Source: Macrostomum lignano
Taxonomy: Eukaryota
DNA length: 64,000 nucleotides
Direction: 5' to 3'
Assembly (NCBI GenBank): GCA_002269645.1
Contig: NIVC01002900.1
Span: 1,117 to 65,116 of the forward strand
Shown here piece after piece: positions 12,755 to 24,200 of the stretch; positions within the stretch are counted from its first letter, which is position 1, and every line of letters starts with the position of its first letter. The notes under the pieces are model-generated. The model searched no databases. It was not told the DNA's origin and saw nothing but the letters and a program-made list of their open reading frames with translations. The position numbers were made by a program, and so were the translations under genes.

Positions 12755-15700
12755 GGTCGTTCGGAAAAAGTCGTCCTTCAGGCTAGCCATTCAGGGTGAC
12801 TAGCCCTCAGGAAGCGTAGTGTCACCAACTCGTCGTGCAAGTTACTCGTGCCATTGAGGCCACACGTGATGCGGATCCAATCCCACTTCGCGCATTCAAA
12901 CCAATGGTCCTTGTCGCTAGGCGCGCCGAACTCTGTACAGGTTGTCATTCGCTCCTTGTTGATCTTGTTTTTCCAGTAATCGGTGTATCTACAGTGCCCT
13001 GTCCTGAGTTGGGCCAGGATGGCGGCCTCCCTTCTGGACGTGGCGGACCTGATGATCGGGTGGTTATACACGGATTTCAATCTCTGGTCGTTAGTAGTGA
13101 GGGTCTCTTTTTCGCGTATTTCTCTATTTTGGGGTGTGTTCTTCTATCACGTCCATGGCTAGGTGTAAAGCTTTTCTTTCAGCCACGAGCGAGCTGCAAA
13201 GCGCTCCAGCGGCTGCAGTCCTCGCGATGGTAAGTTCGTTGCTGTAAGCTATACAAGCTGCACCGCCGTTTCTACCTTCACCGCTGACCGAGACATCAGT
13301 GTGAATTTTAAATTCGGCGTTGACGGCCTCCTTAATAGCCTTCCTCGCGGCCTCGGCGAGATCTGTGTCTCCCTTTTAGACCTCCTGGGAGCTCATGGAA
13401 AATCTTGATTCTGTCCGCCTGAAATCTTTTCCACGGTGGGTGTCTTTTAATTGCAAACTCTTCTCTTGGTGCGTTGCAGATCATGAGGCAGAGTTCTCTA
13501 GTTTGGTCTCTCCATCCCCTGTTGGCTCTGAGTCTGCGGTTTCCATGCTGCTCCCACATTTTTTCTAGGGTTCCAGGGTGGGTGTCTAGCCGCTTTTTCC
13601 CACTCCATCATGCTCTTGATTCTCGCAGAGCTGGTGATAGGTAGGATTCCCGTTTCCAGATATACGGCTTCGATCGGGGTAGACTTCATCAGGCCCGCAG
13701 TACTTCTGAGACACTCTCTTTGGGCTCGTTCTAACTTATCGAAGTTGGACTTTGCTATCCAAGGTAGCCAGGCAGCTTCGCAGTACCAGACACAGCTTTC
13801 GACGATAGATTTATAGACTTTGATCAATTCTTCTTTATTCCATCCCCAATCAGTAGTAGCAAGCACTTTGATCACTCTGCTGCGTTTCCTCATTTTTTCG
13901 ATGATCTTATCAGTGTGGTCTTGAAAGTGGAGGCCGCTGTCAATAGTGATTCCCAGATATTTGAGTGCTCTTCTGGTTTCGATGGGCCTGTTGTTGATGG
14001 TGAGTCCGAGTCTAAGCGTAGCGTCATGAGGTGACCTGCTGTACAGGCACGCCTCGTACAATCTTCAACTTTTTGGCCTAGCTATAGGTTTTGTCTAAAG
14101 CGTTCTGGATTCTATAGTTTTGACTTCTTCGATCCTCTCCCCGCTGGTCCATATCGCTAGGTCATCTGCAAAGCCTCCGTACTCAACTCCTTCGGTCTCT
14201 TTGCCGTTCCAGTCGTTGACGTACAGGAGGTAGAGAATCGGCGCGCACACTGAGCCTTGAGGGAGACCTTGGTGGAAACGTCGGTATTTACTAATCCGTC
14301 TCCAATGCGGACTCTAGACTGGCGGCCTTCAAGGAAACTGGAGAACCAACGGGTGAGGTGTACAGGAACTCTTTCGTCCATCAGTCTTTCCACCAGTTTG
14401 ACCCTACAAACCATTTCGTAGGCCTTGGAGCAGTCCAGGGTCACTGCCAGGGTCTTCTTTGGTTTACGTAATTACCATCCCTCTTGGATGTTCTGCACCA
14501 GTCTAAGAACTTGCTCCTCCGTGCTTCTACCTCGTTGAAAGCCGGCTTGCCATGGGCGGATCACCCGGTCTTCTTCCATCCAGTACATGAGTCTGTTGCC
14601 TGTTGGTAACCATACGTTTCATGATCTTAGCGCAGACTGGAGTCAAGATGATCGGTCGGTATGAGTCCCTCTGCATGGGGTCCTTGCCTAGGTATCGGAA
14701 TGATTTCCGCTTTCTTTCAAAGTCTCGGGCATAAGTATTCTTCCCAGCTTCGATTGAAAAGACCTAGCCATCTCATTCTCCTTTGGTAGAAAGGTTTTGC
14801 ATAAATCACACTTCCACTCCGTCGACTCCGCCCTTCTTTTCCGGGGCCATGTTTTTGATGGCGTCGATGAGTTCTTCGTCGCAGAAGGGGATCCCGAATT
14901 CCGGGGCCTCCTCATAGATGGTGAGCCTTCTGGCCACTCTGGCCCTTTGATTCCGGTCTTCTTTTTCCATGTTGACCTATTGTTATTAGCGTAGAGGTCT
15001 GCGAAGAGCGTGGCTTTCTCGCGGTCCGTCCAGGCGGTTTTGTGGTCCGCATTGATGTTTTGGTTGAGTGCGTTTTGCGCTCCTCCAGAGTACAGAGATT
15101 TGATGGTGGCCCATGTTTTCCTACCATCGTCCGCTTCCTCCAGGCTTTCAACATGTTCCCTCCAAAACTCTTGCTTTTTGTTTAGTTTTTTCAATAAGTT
15201 TTTGGTTCTGTGAACACCATCTTTCTCTAACTCTCCGGCGAATCTCTGGGTTCTTTGTCTCTGGTTTTCTGTATCTCTGAAAGTTCCTCGTCCCAGAAGG
15301 GTTTGTACTTGGGACCGGACTTCCTCTTACTAATGCTCGCTTCCGCCGCCTTGATCAGTGCCTCTCCCAGGGCTTTGGCCTCTTGGCTAACCGAGTTAAC
15401 AGGAATATCATCCGCTAGCTCATCGAACGCGGTCTGGAAAGCGGTCCAATCAGCTTTTTTCCAGGCCCACGCGTGGCGGGCTCGGGATTCCCTAACCTCT
15501 CTATCCGTGTTAATCTCAATAATAATCGGGTAATGGTCAGATCCGAGTCCGTTGACCGTCTTCCAAGAGCTTCTCTGCCCGAGATCTCCAGCTGCAAGGA
15601 ATATATCCGGGACACTAGTGCGGCCAGTCCTCCAGTCGGTTCTGGTTGGTGAGCCGTCATTCAGTATGTTGTATCCGTACTCGCTGCACCAGTCAATCAG

Positions 15701-16983
15701 TTCTCGTGCCTCCCTTCTGCTCTCGCGGCCCTGGTCGTCGTCGCTGCCCCAATCGGCTGCATGTAGGTTGAGATCTCCTAGTACCAGCTCTCTTCTATCG
15801 GATTTCATTCAGCTCCAGATGCTGTCCTCCTCGCGGTCATCCACGTTGGTTATCATGACTTTCTCTTTTCTGCTAGCATCGACCAGGACCCGTACGCCCT
15901 CAGTAGTGGTTCCTTTCCAGCTGTTCCAACGTCTGAAGGAGATGTTGTGCCGGATCAAGGTGAGGAGTCCTCCCCTTTCGAGTGGTCGCTGCGGCGGATT
16001 TCCAAACGGTCTTTCCGGATCGTAGTGAAGCCGCTAAAGCGGGGGTTGTACTCCGCGCTTCGAGTTTCGATTCCTGAATGACTGCGACATCGATATTTTG
16101 GTCGTGGAGGAATGCTTCGAGTTCAGCTCTTTTGGTTCCGATCCCGTCAGCGTTCCATTGGAGAATTCTGATGGTTTTAGTTTTGGTTTGTTTCCAACTT
16201 TCTTTCTTTCCTGTCGTAGTGTCTTCGGTCTCATGCTCCTCCCTTTCCTTCTTGATAGTATTTAGGCGTTCGAGACAGTCGCCGCAAGTCCACAGGCCTT
16301 TCTTCACTTCGGTTTCTAGTTGCTTTCTGCTGGCCTGGGTGCATTTCTTATGATACATTCCATCGCACCGTCTACATTTGGATATCGTGGGCGAGACTCT
16401 AATGGCTTTCCCGCAACCTACTCTCCTGCATTTGGTTCCAGCGTTAGTCTCTCTCACCAGCTGTTCTCTACGATTCTTAAATTCTTCTAGTAGAATGCAT
16501 GAGGGGGCTTCTGGGACAAAATTTGTAACGTCCACCATAATCCCATTAAATCCATTCATATTATCCCTGATAGAATCAGAAAAAAGGGGGGTCGCACTCG
16601 CTCACAAAACGTCCTCCATAATCCCATTAAATCCATCCATATTATCCCCGACAGAATCAGAAAAAAAAGAGTGGGTCGCACTTGCTCCGAAAACTTCGGA
16701 GTAACATGGAGTATGGAGTAACATACGTAAAAGATTACGACAGCTACTATAACTTTGCAGAAATCATTAGGCAATTGTAGAATGTCGTTACAATACGCTA
16801 TAAGACTTTTAGACTGCATTAATAGATATTTTTACGCATGGTATTTTGCTGTGTGGCGGGTGGGTGATAGCGGAATGGGTATGGCAGCTGTTTCTTGTCA
16901 TAGCGCGAGCGGTGTGTGCAGCATAGAGAAAAAAGCTTTCCCAGCTCAAGCCTTAACTAGCTCAAAGGATCCCTTGCCTAGCT

Positions 16984-17468
16984 TCAGAAACGCCCATTTA
17001 GTTCCTTGTTTAAACCCCCAGCCTTCTCAACCCCCAGCTCTTTCAGCAGTCTTCCTAGTTCTTTACTTGGCGCATGCAATAAAAAGCCCACCCCTTCTCC
17101 CAAACAGCCGCCAAGCCCCAATCCCAACTTTGTCTTACCAAAAATAACAGCTTTAACTAGCTTCCGAGCGATCGATTCCCTCCACCCGCTTGAAGTCCCC
17201 ATATTGTCTAATCTCCTAAGCATTTCTTTATCCCAGCGATTCTTCTCCTCAGGATAATCCTTATACTTTTTGTCGTGCCACATGCAGACAGAGTCTAGCT
17301 CATTCACAGGCTCATGCCCAGGATTTGGATTATTGTTTTTATCTAACTGTTTTTAAGTGGATTCGAAGGCCCGCAATATTTGTAGCCGGGAATTGTCCAG
17401 CCTTTGTTTGGATGAGGAAGCTTTTCAATTAATCCATGTGAATCTAAGTTACCACCATAGCGTTGCAT
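16984..17468 (-). CDS. Parvovirus-type phospholipase A2-like protein of the Polinton (frameshift near 17350)
   Basis: MQRYGGNLDSHGLIEKLP...GWTIPGYKYCGPSNPL / ...PVNELDSVCMWHDKKY...RWDKEML...GKTKLGLG contains the YxGPG-like Ca loop and D-x-x-x-x-x-HD catalytic motif. Confidence 0.75.
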
Positions 17469-17496
17469 TATTTATTTAAAATTTTCTTTTTAAAAA

Positions 17497-18523
17497 ATGG
17501 CAGAAGAAAAACTTAAATCTATCTACTACAGCGACAAAGGATTCTTTGTAGGCAAAAATGCAGTCGCCAAACTCGCAGAACTAAGTAATGAATCAAAACA
17601 AACAGTTGAAAGATGGCTCTCCAAGCAAGCAGTCTACCAAGTCTATTTCCCACCAGTAAAATTTGAAAGGCCCCATTTCAGTATTTATAAACCTAATGAG
17701 GCGCACCAAGCAGATCTTCTGTTTCTCCCCAATGACTCAGGCTACAAGTATGCTCTCACAGTTATAGACATTGCCTCCAGATATAAGGAAACGAGACCAC
17801 TTAAGACAAAGAAGTCAGAAGCAGCTGCAGCTGCCCTCCAAGAAATTTACAAAAACTCACCCCTTAGTTACCCTGAAATCTTTATGACCGACCCGGGAAA
17901 AGAATTCCTAGGTGCGTTGAAATCACTTCGACATAAGTATGACACAAAAATTCGCTACGGAAGAACTGAGCTCCACAGAGACCAGGCTTTTGTGGAAAGA
18001 TTCAATCTAACTCTAGCCAAGAGACTATTCACTAAGCAGACAGCAGAGGAGCTGAAACTAAAAAGTGGCCAGTACTATACAAAATGGACAGACCGCCTCC
18101 CCACTGTTATAGAGCAACTGAACAATGAAGTAACACGCATGACTGGATTGAAACCGTCCCATGCAATTAAACAAGACACTGTCGAACTTAAGGCATCTCT
18201 TAGAACAGACAACACACACAAAACACACAACACAAAACACACCTCGAACTACCCTAAGCTTCCAGGAGTTGAATCACCATACATTACGGACAAACTCTGA
18301 GTTTCTACGCTTTTTATATCTACCTGGAGAGCTAGAGAAAGACACCAAAAGAAGAGCTACAGATCCATACTTCAGCCTTGATGTACATAAAATAGACAGA
18401 CATTTTACCTCCGACTCCGGTGACTATTACTTTTTATCTCAAGCCTTTAACCCTAAATCCCCCACGCGGTCATTCACTAGAGCTGAACTCCTAGTGATAC
18501 CAGCTGACACAGAAATTAATTAA
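17497..18523 (+). CDS. Retroviral-like (rve) integrase of Polinton type (frameshift ~18200-18290)
   Basis: HQADLLF, YALTVIDIASRY, TDPGKEF, VERFNLTL (DDE triad); C-terminal RFLYLPGE...RRATDP...RSFTRAELLVIP typical of Maverick integrases. Confidence 0.9.
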
Positions 18524-18539
18524 AATATTAAAATAAAAA

Positions 18540-19081
18540 ATGACAACGGTTGAAACCAGAACCATCAATAAACTCAATAAAACCGCTAGCCTATGATCTC
18601 ACTGTAATGAGAGTGGTCATGCAAGTTCACAAAGATGCGGAGGTTGTTTAAAGATGACACTTGGTATAGGGAATTGGGATTCGAGAAGAAAGTTTATAAG
18701 GCAGAATCCGCGGCGCGGACCGCCACTCAAACGTCGGGGGCCGTTAGCATGGCCCGTAAGCGTAAGCGTAAAAAAAACGTAAGCGGTTTGTTCTTAGCAC
18801 CCAATATTGCAGACATTGTAAAGGGTTTGAATATTCTAATCAGAAGTAATCTCAGTCTTAATTGGGTATTTAAGGGAAAGCGAACGGATATTTTGTACAA
18901 CATCTCTAACTCTGTTGCTGGAGGAAAGATGTTGGTAGAGAAACCAAATCCAGTGAAAAGAGTTGTATTGAGTAATAAGGAGATTCACGAGATTGTGCTA
19001 CAGTTTGAGACTGAAGATGGGGTGGGTGTTGATTTTAACGGTGAAGAGTTTGTATTGACGTTGATCATTGAGAGAATGTAA
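18540..19081 (+). CDS. Penton/minor capsid protein-like (frameshifted 5' part)
   Basis: ...RELGF...IRSNL...TDILYNI...GKMLVEKP...IHEIVLQFETEDGVGVDFNGEEFVLTLII resembles the single jelly-roll minor capsid C-terminus of Polintons. Confidence 0.6.
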
Positions 19082-19122
19082 GAAAAAAATTACAATTGCA
19101 AACTACAAAACAAAACTACAAA

Positions 19123-19362
19123 TTACAACTGCCTTATAACTTCAGCGAAGTTATAGTAGCTGTCGTAATCTTTTACGTAGGTTACTCCATACTTATGAAA
19201 CCAGTGAGATTTAAGTGCTTGACTAATATTAGGGACATTGATATCAACGCCGGGCCAATATTTTCTCATGTACTCGCTGCATTCTAGTTTGCATCGGTAC
19301 TTACTCTTGTAATTAGGCTCGTGCACTTTGTAATAAGAACCTGGAGCGACAACTGGAAACAT
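19123..19362 (-). CDS. 79-aa Tyr-rich hypothetical protein adjacent to the right TIR
   Basis: ATG-to-stop ORF; its last ~22 codons are duplicated in inverted orientation at ~16712-16780 with mainly synonymous differences. Confidence 0.5.
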   Translation of the reverse strand: MFPVVAPGSYYKVHEPNYKSKYRCKLECSEYMRKYWPGVDINVPNISQALKSHWFHKYGVTYVKDYDSYYNFAEVIRQL

Positions 19363-19967
19363 TTTTAGAGAAAATTTAATTTTTTTTTCGGAGGATGAGC
19401 ACCCTGCGCTGAGGATTTAAAGTCTTAGGGATCTGATTTCGCGAATTGAATGTGGGGAGAAGAATGCAGATTATTTTCTGATTGTTTCGAAGATGCTATG
19501 GGTGGATGTTAGTGGATTATGTAGGACACCTGTTATGCTCTGATTCTGGGATAATATGGATGGATTTGGGTGGATTATGGATGACTTTTTGTGAGCGAGT
19601 GCGACCCTCTGATTCAGGGATAATATGGATGGATTTAATGGGATTATATTTGAAGTTTTCAAAGCGAGTGCGACCCCCCTTTTTTCTGATTCTGTCGGGG
19701 ATAATATAGATGGATTTAATGGGATTATGGAGGACGTGAAAAATTTTGTCCCAGAAGCACCCTCATGCATTCTACTTCTTCTTCTTCTTCCGTCCTCCAT
19801 TCCTCCGCGATGGTACATTTTTTACATTTCCACTGCGTATTACCGGTCTTGATCTTGTCTTGCTTCGCCCGGGTAAGGCCTGTGCAACTGCCATGGTACT
19901 GACATCCGCAGTTAGCGCACTCAATCGGTTTGGTCCCCGTAGCAATTTTCTTGCCGCACCGGTTACA

Positions 19968-20006
19968 CGGTCCGGAGTTCACTTCGACGTCTCCAGCCTG
20001 TACAAG
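19968..20006 (-). other. 2A-like ribosome-skipping motif, variant LVQAGDVEVNSGP
   Basis: Matches D(V/I)ExNPGP except P to S (CCC to TCC, one base); lies at the ORF N-terminus just before the PHD finger. Confidence 0.7.
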
Positions 20007-20175
20007 TCTAGCCGCTGTCCACCATTTTTCCATCCTTTTTTATTTGGTTTTCGGGTTCTTTGTTATTTTTGATAGGTTTTTGTCGTTTGAAGAATTCTGA
20101 ACATTTGGATCTGGATGTGCGCCGTTTTCCTTCGAACTGCTTAACTAATGCAACGGCTTGGTGACGCTCCGTTTC

Positions 20176-20257
20176 AATCCGAGTGTTCGTGCATCCGACG
20201 GTGATCAGATCGTCGGCTCCCGTCCGCCGCGTAGAGGCCCCCGGATTATAGGACAGG
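20176..20257 (-). ncRNA. HDV-like self-cleaving ribozyme at the 5' end of the Ingi LINE
   Basis: P1 CCUGUCC/GGACGGG; P2 AAUCCGGGG/CACUCGGAUU (one bulge); P3 GCC/GGC; L3 UCUACGC; P1.1 CU/AG; P4 CCGACG/CGUCGG; J4/2 CGAA. Starts exactly at the TSD boundary. Confidence 0.78.
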
Positions 20258-20800
20258 CTGTTGCTGTTGTTAAGGTCAACAAGACAAGCTGTTGACAAGA
20301 GGTTTTTTGTCTCCCACCTCATCAGTGAAATGAGTTTTCTGATCGGTAAAATTCAGATCACTGAAAAAAGTTTTGTTTTAAAAAGAAAATCAAAGATGGC
20401 AAGTGTCATCCACATAGCGTTTGTGGTATCTCGGAGCAGTTTCTAACTTCATACGTACATTTTCATATGTCAAGCTTGAATTAAGACCAAAAATACTTGA
20501 ATTCGTATCCATAAAACACAAACCTAGTCTCAATGTTCAACTGCAATACGGCTATTCTAAGTAACCTGACCACATTACGGAACTTCCCTCCCCCTGACAT
20601 GTCCTCTTGGATCCTGCAGCCAAATCTTTAGCATTTAATTAAATGTTGAAATATTCCTGTTTCTGTCTAGTTTATTAAATAAAAATTTAAATAAACAGTC
20701 AATCGCCCTGAAAATGAGCAAATGTAGTCCAAATGCATCGGAAATTAATAAATAAATGTTGATAAGATCTATTGAAGATATTTTAACCATTTTATTTTAG

Positions 20801-21205
20801 ATGGCAACAAAGGAAATCAAGCAAAGTCAGGATCTCTCGCTCAGTCTAGAAGACGAGCCTATAGAAGACACAGAGCCGCTTGTTTCCTTTCAAAGCAACC
20901 AAGAGAAGCAACTTGCAGTTAACGAACCATTGAAAAAAGCAACTGATTTTGAAAGGCTCACTCCAGGCAGCATCGAGTGGGTGAAGCCCGGTGATGTCTT
21001 CAAGATCAACGGTCAGCTGATTATTGTTGAAGAGGTACAGTGTAACAAAGTCTGTGTGGCTTGCAGAGAGAAAAATCTTCTTAGAGCTGGCCAAGCCTAG
21101 CTCTCTCAATAAATACCAGTATATTTTCCAGCCTGACTAGGCTGACCAATCAGCCGCTACCTCTGGCGTGCTCGCGCTCCAGAGTATGCACATGCGCGAG
21201 TACAA

Positions 21206-21253
<48 letters not shown>

Positions 21254-24200
21254 CCCCCCATCCCCCACTCTGCACAGAAAGCGAAACGCAGTCACCACAT
21301 ACAGCATGCACCCAATAACGTATATGAATTTAAAGCGATTCATTGCACTAAGAACAAGAAACAGTCCAAATTTACACTTTTCAAAGACAAGAGAGTATCA
21401 AGAGAAAATTTCACGGTCAATGTGATCAAATCGAAAAGTACACACCGTCTGCAGCCCGATTGCCAGCTCGCTCTTTTCCCAACGTCCCATTGCCACCCGC
21501 CTAAGGATGTTGTCCAAAGAGCTCGCAGCCGCCTGAACGAAATTCAGAGTGACTCGTCACTTTTCGTCAAGTGGTGCAAGATGAAGGACCCAACCCACTG
21601 TTCCGAGATCCTTGTGCCGATCTTCGTGTCAGACGACCACGAAATCCACGAGGTGAAAGTTAAAGACCACCTGAATTTGCAGCATGTTGCTGGCCCACTT
21701 CACGGAGAGGTTTCAAATATCGACAACCTGAGTGACGAATCGCTGCTGCTAACGATGCGCATTCAAACTAGCAGGATGCGATCCGTTCCATTGGTTCGAA
21801 TCGAAGAGAAGGAGCTTCTCGCCCCCGTTCCGGTAGTAGCGTCAGTTCCCCAGTGCGTGGACGAGGAGGAACTTCTCGCCAGGGTTGAAATCCTGGACAG
21901 ACTTGTGTTCAGCAAAGACATCTCTACCCTGGCATTCTGCCGACTGCTTACTAATCCGAATCTTCGTGATAGCGCATGGGGTGAGCAGGTGGCGATGCTC
22001 CCAGACACCGAAGCTAAAGTAAGTCCTCTCTGCAAAAGCACGAGTCCAGAAAGTTTAAAAATCGGCAGCATCATTTCAATCGATGGAGCATACACAGTGG
22101 TCATCGCAGTTCGCTGTGGTGCTGATAGAGTCCATGTAAAGATGGTGCAGTATGGAGCTCAGTCATTGGATGAAGACGAAACAGAGTGCCAGATCAAGTA
22201 CATAATCAAGAAAAGAGAGACGGACACACAGCTCAGCGTACACAATGAGATTAAAAAGGATTGCCCTCTGTACCACCCTGTTCTTGGGCCACAAGGTTTA
22301 TATGCAGAAGAAGCATTGACGCCTATTTTACTTCAAATCCTGAAGAAGGGTGATGTGATTCGAATAAGCTCGCGCTGGATCATTGTTGAAGATTCGGAAT
22401 TCGCAAATGGCTCGTGCACTGTGGTCGCTATTTTCTACGACAAAATAAAGCTTCTCGAGACAAACAGGGTAATTAGACATACTCTTAACTTTAGGGTTAT
22501 AAACCCTAGTAAGCAAGTTGAACCAGAGGGCTGGCTTTGTCGCTATGCTGAGGCCTGGTGCTTCGACCCAGACATTGTGATCAAAAGAGCTCATAGTCGA
22601 CTTAACGAGAGTCAGTACTCACTGATCTCTAATAACGGAGAGCATTTTGTGAAATGGTGCAAGACAAAGTCTTCCAGTCACAGGCCAGAGTGCCTTGTCC
22701 CAATTTACTTGCCCAATGAGCACACTCACTCGGTGAAAGTTGGAGATCATCTGAACTTCACATGTGATAGTGGTACAAAGCTCCATGGAGAAGTGACTGA
22801 GGTGACAGAGTTGAAGTCGAAGCAGAATATTCTACTCTGCATGAACGCGATAAAGCCGAAGTCAATTTGCTGTGTGCAAAAAAGTGAGCTCACTCTTGTC
22901 GGCCCTGTGAGCGTCGTTGTAACGGCCCCATTGTCCGTCAGTGAAGCAGAGCTGACGCAGCGAGTTCTGTTTATCGATAATTTGGCTTTCAAAGGAACAG
23001 AAAGCTCAATGAATATCTGCCGTTTTCTAACTAAATCAAAACTTGAGCTTGAAGACTGGAAGGACGTAATCTGCCGCAGTCAGCCCTTCAAAGATGCAGC
23101 AACTGAGCAGATTATTCTCTGCCGCCAAAGATGTCCAGATCAGTTGAAAGTTGGCGATATAATATTTCTGGATGGTGTGTACCGAGTTGTTGCCGAAATC
23201 CACCTTTGTGATGCTGAAGCAGCTGGACGATTCAAGATCGTGACTGTTCAATATGACTTGAGTCTGACAGAGAGTGGTGTGTCAAAGCTGAAGTACGCGA
23301 TTCGAGCAGAGGAGACGGAAGCCGTGCTGTGCGTTCACAACAATCCAAGTTTGGACTGCCTCTTACACGGTGCTGGAAGAGATATGCCAATGTATACATC
23401 TAATAAAGTTTACGATGTACGAACCATTTCACAGGGCTGTGTCATTTCGATGAGAAGAAGGTTTCTGCAGTATCAGCATTCCGTGGTTGTCAGTGATCCT
23501 ACACTGGAAGGAGATAGCGGATCAGCTCAGTCCTGTGCTTCATTGGAGGTTATTGAATACGCGATGAAGCTTACTAGCAGAAATGAAGTTGTGAAAGATA
23601 AAATTCGAGTCGATGTTTCAAAGCAGGAAGTCTACCTCGTCGTGTATGATAAAACCGGTGAAGAAAAGAAATGCAGTCCAAACAAAGTGATTGAGAGAGC
23701 CCACTCAAGGCTGGGGGAAAAGCAGCACAACACACAATGGAACAACAGTCGGGATTTCGCTCGCTGGTGCAGCCTTCAGCACCCAAGCAACAGGGAGCAG
23801 TGCAGGATTCCAGTTACATCGGCTCAGCAGCTGGTCGATTTCAAAAGAGGTCCCGTTAAGTTTCGTAAGTCGCCAGAAATTTATACCCACGACGCTGTAA
23901 TGAGAGACTGCACAGCAGTTGAAGGTTGCAGCGACATCGTCAGGGTTACTCTGTATGAAAATAACCATGAGCAGCGTAGAGTGAGGCTCGAGGACTTAAC
24001 CATCGATAAAGGTGAGAGCTTGATTCGTCGGGTGAATTACGAAGGCAATAAGGAATTCGCCACCGATGAGTTCAGCATCTTGAAGGACCTGATTGATTGC
24101 ACTTTTCTGAATGCCGATGATGACGTTAAAGGATGGACGGGGAAAGAGAAAAAGTGTGGCAGTCGAGTCACCAGCCGAGACTTCTGTTATTGGCTCAAAA

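Larger units (their letters stand above)
16489..19776. mobile_element. Miniature Polinton/Maverick-like element (3288 bp)
   Basis: TIRs begin AGTAGAATGCATGAGGG at both ends; 6-bp TSD tcttct at 16483-16488 and 19777-19782; ~200-bp TIRs built of ~70-bp subrepeats; encodes a Polinton-type integrase. Confidence 0.9.
12708..20257 (-). mobile_element. Full-length Ingi/I-group LINE (PHD-PHD-APE-RT-partial RNaseH-C-terminal domain), interrupted by a Polinton
   Basis: 10-bp TSD ctgttgctgt at 12698-12707 and 20258-20267; (CA)n 3' tail at 12708-12753; ILQWNADG/QESKL APE motifs; RT; RNase H TDVSVSG...GALCSSLVAE; C-terminal LAQLRTGHC; several frameshifts and stops. Confidence 0.9.
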
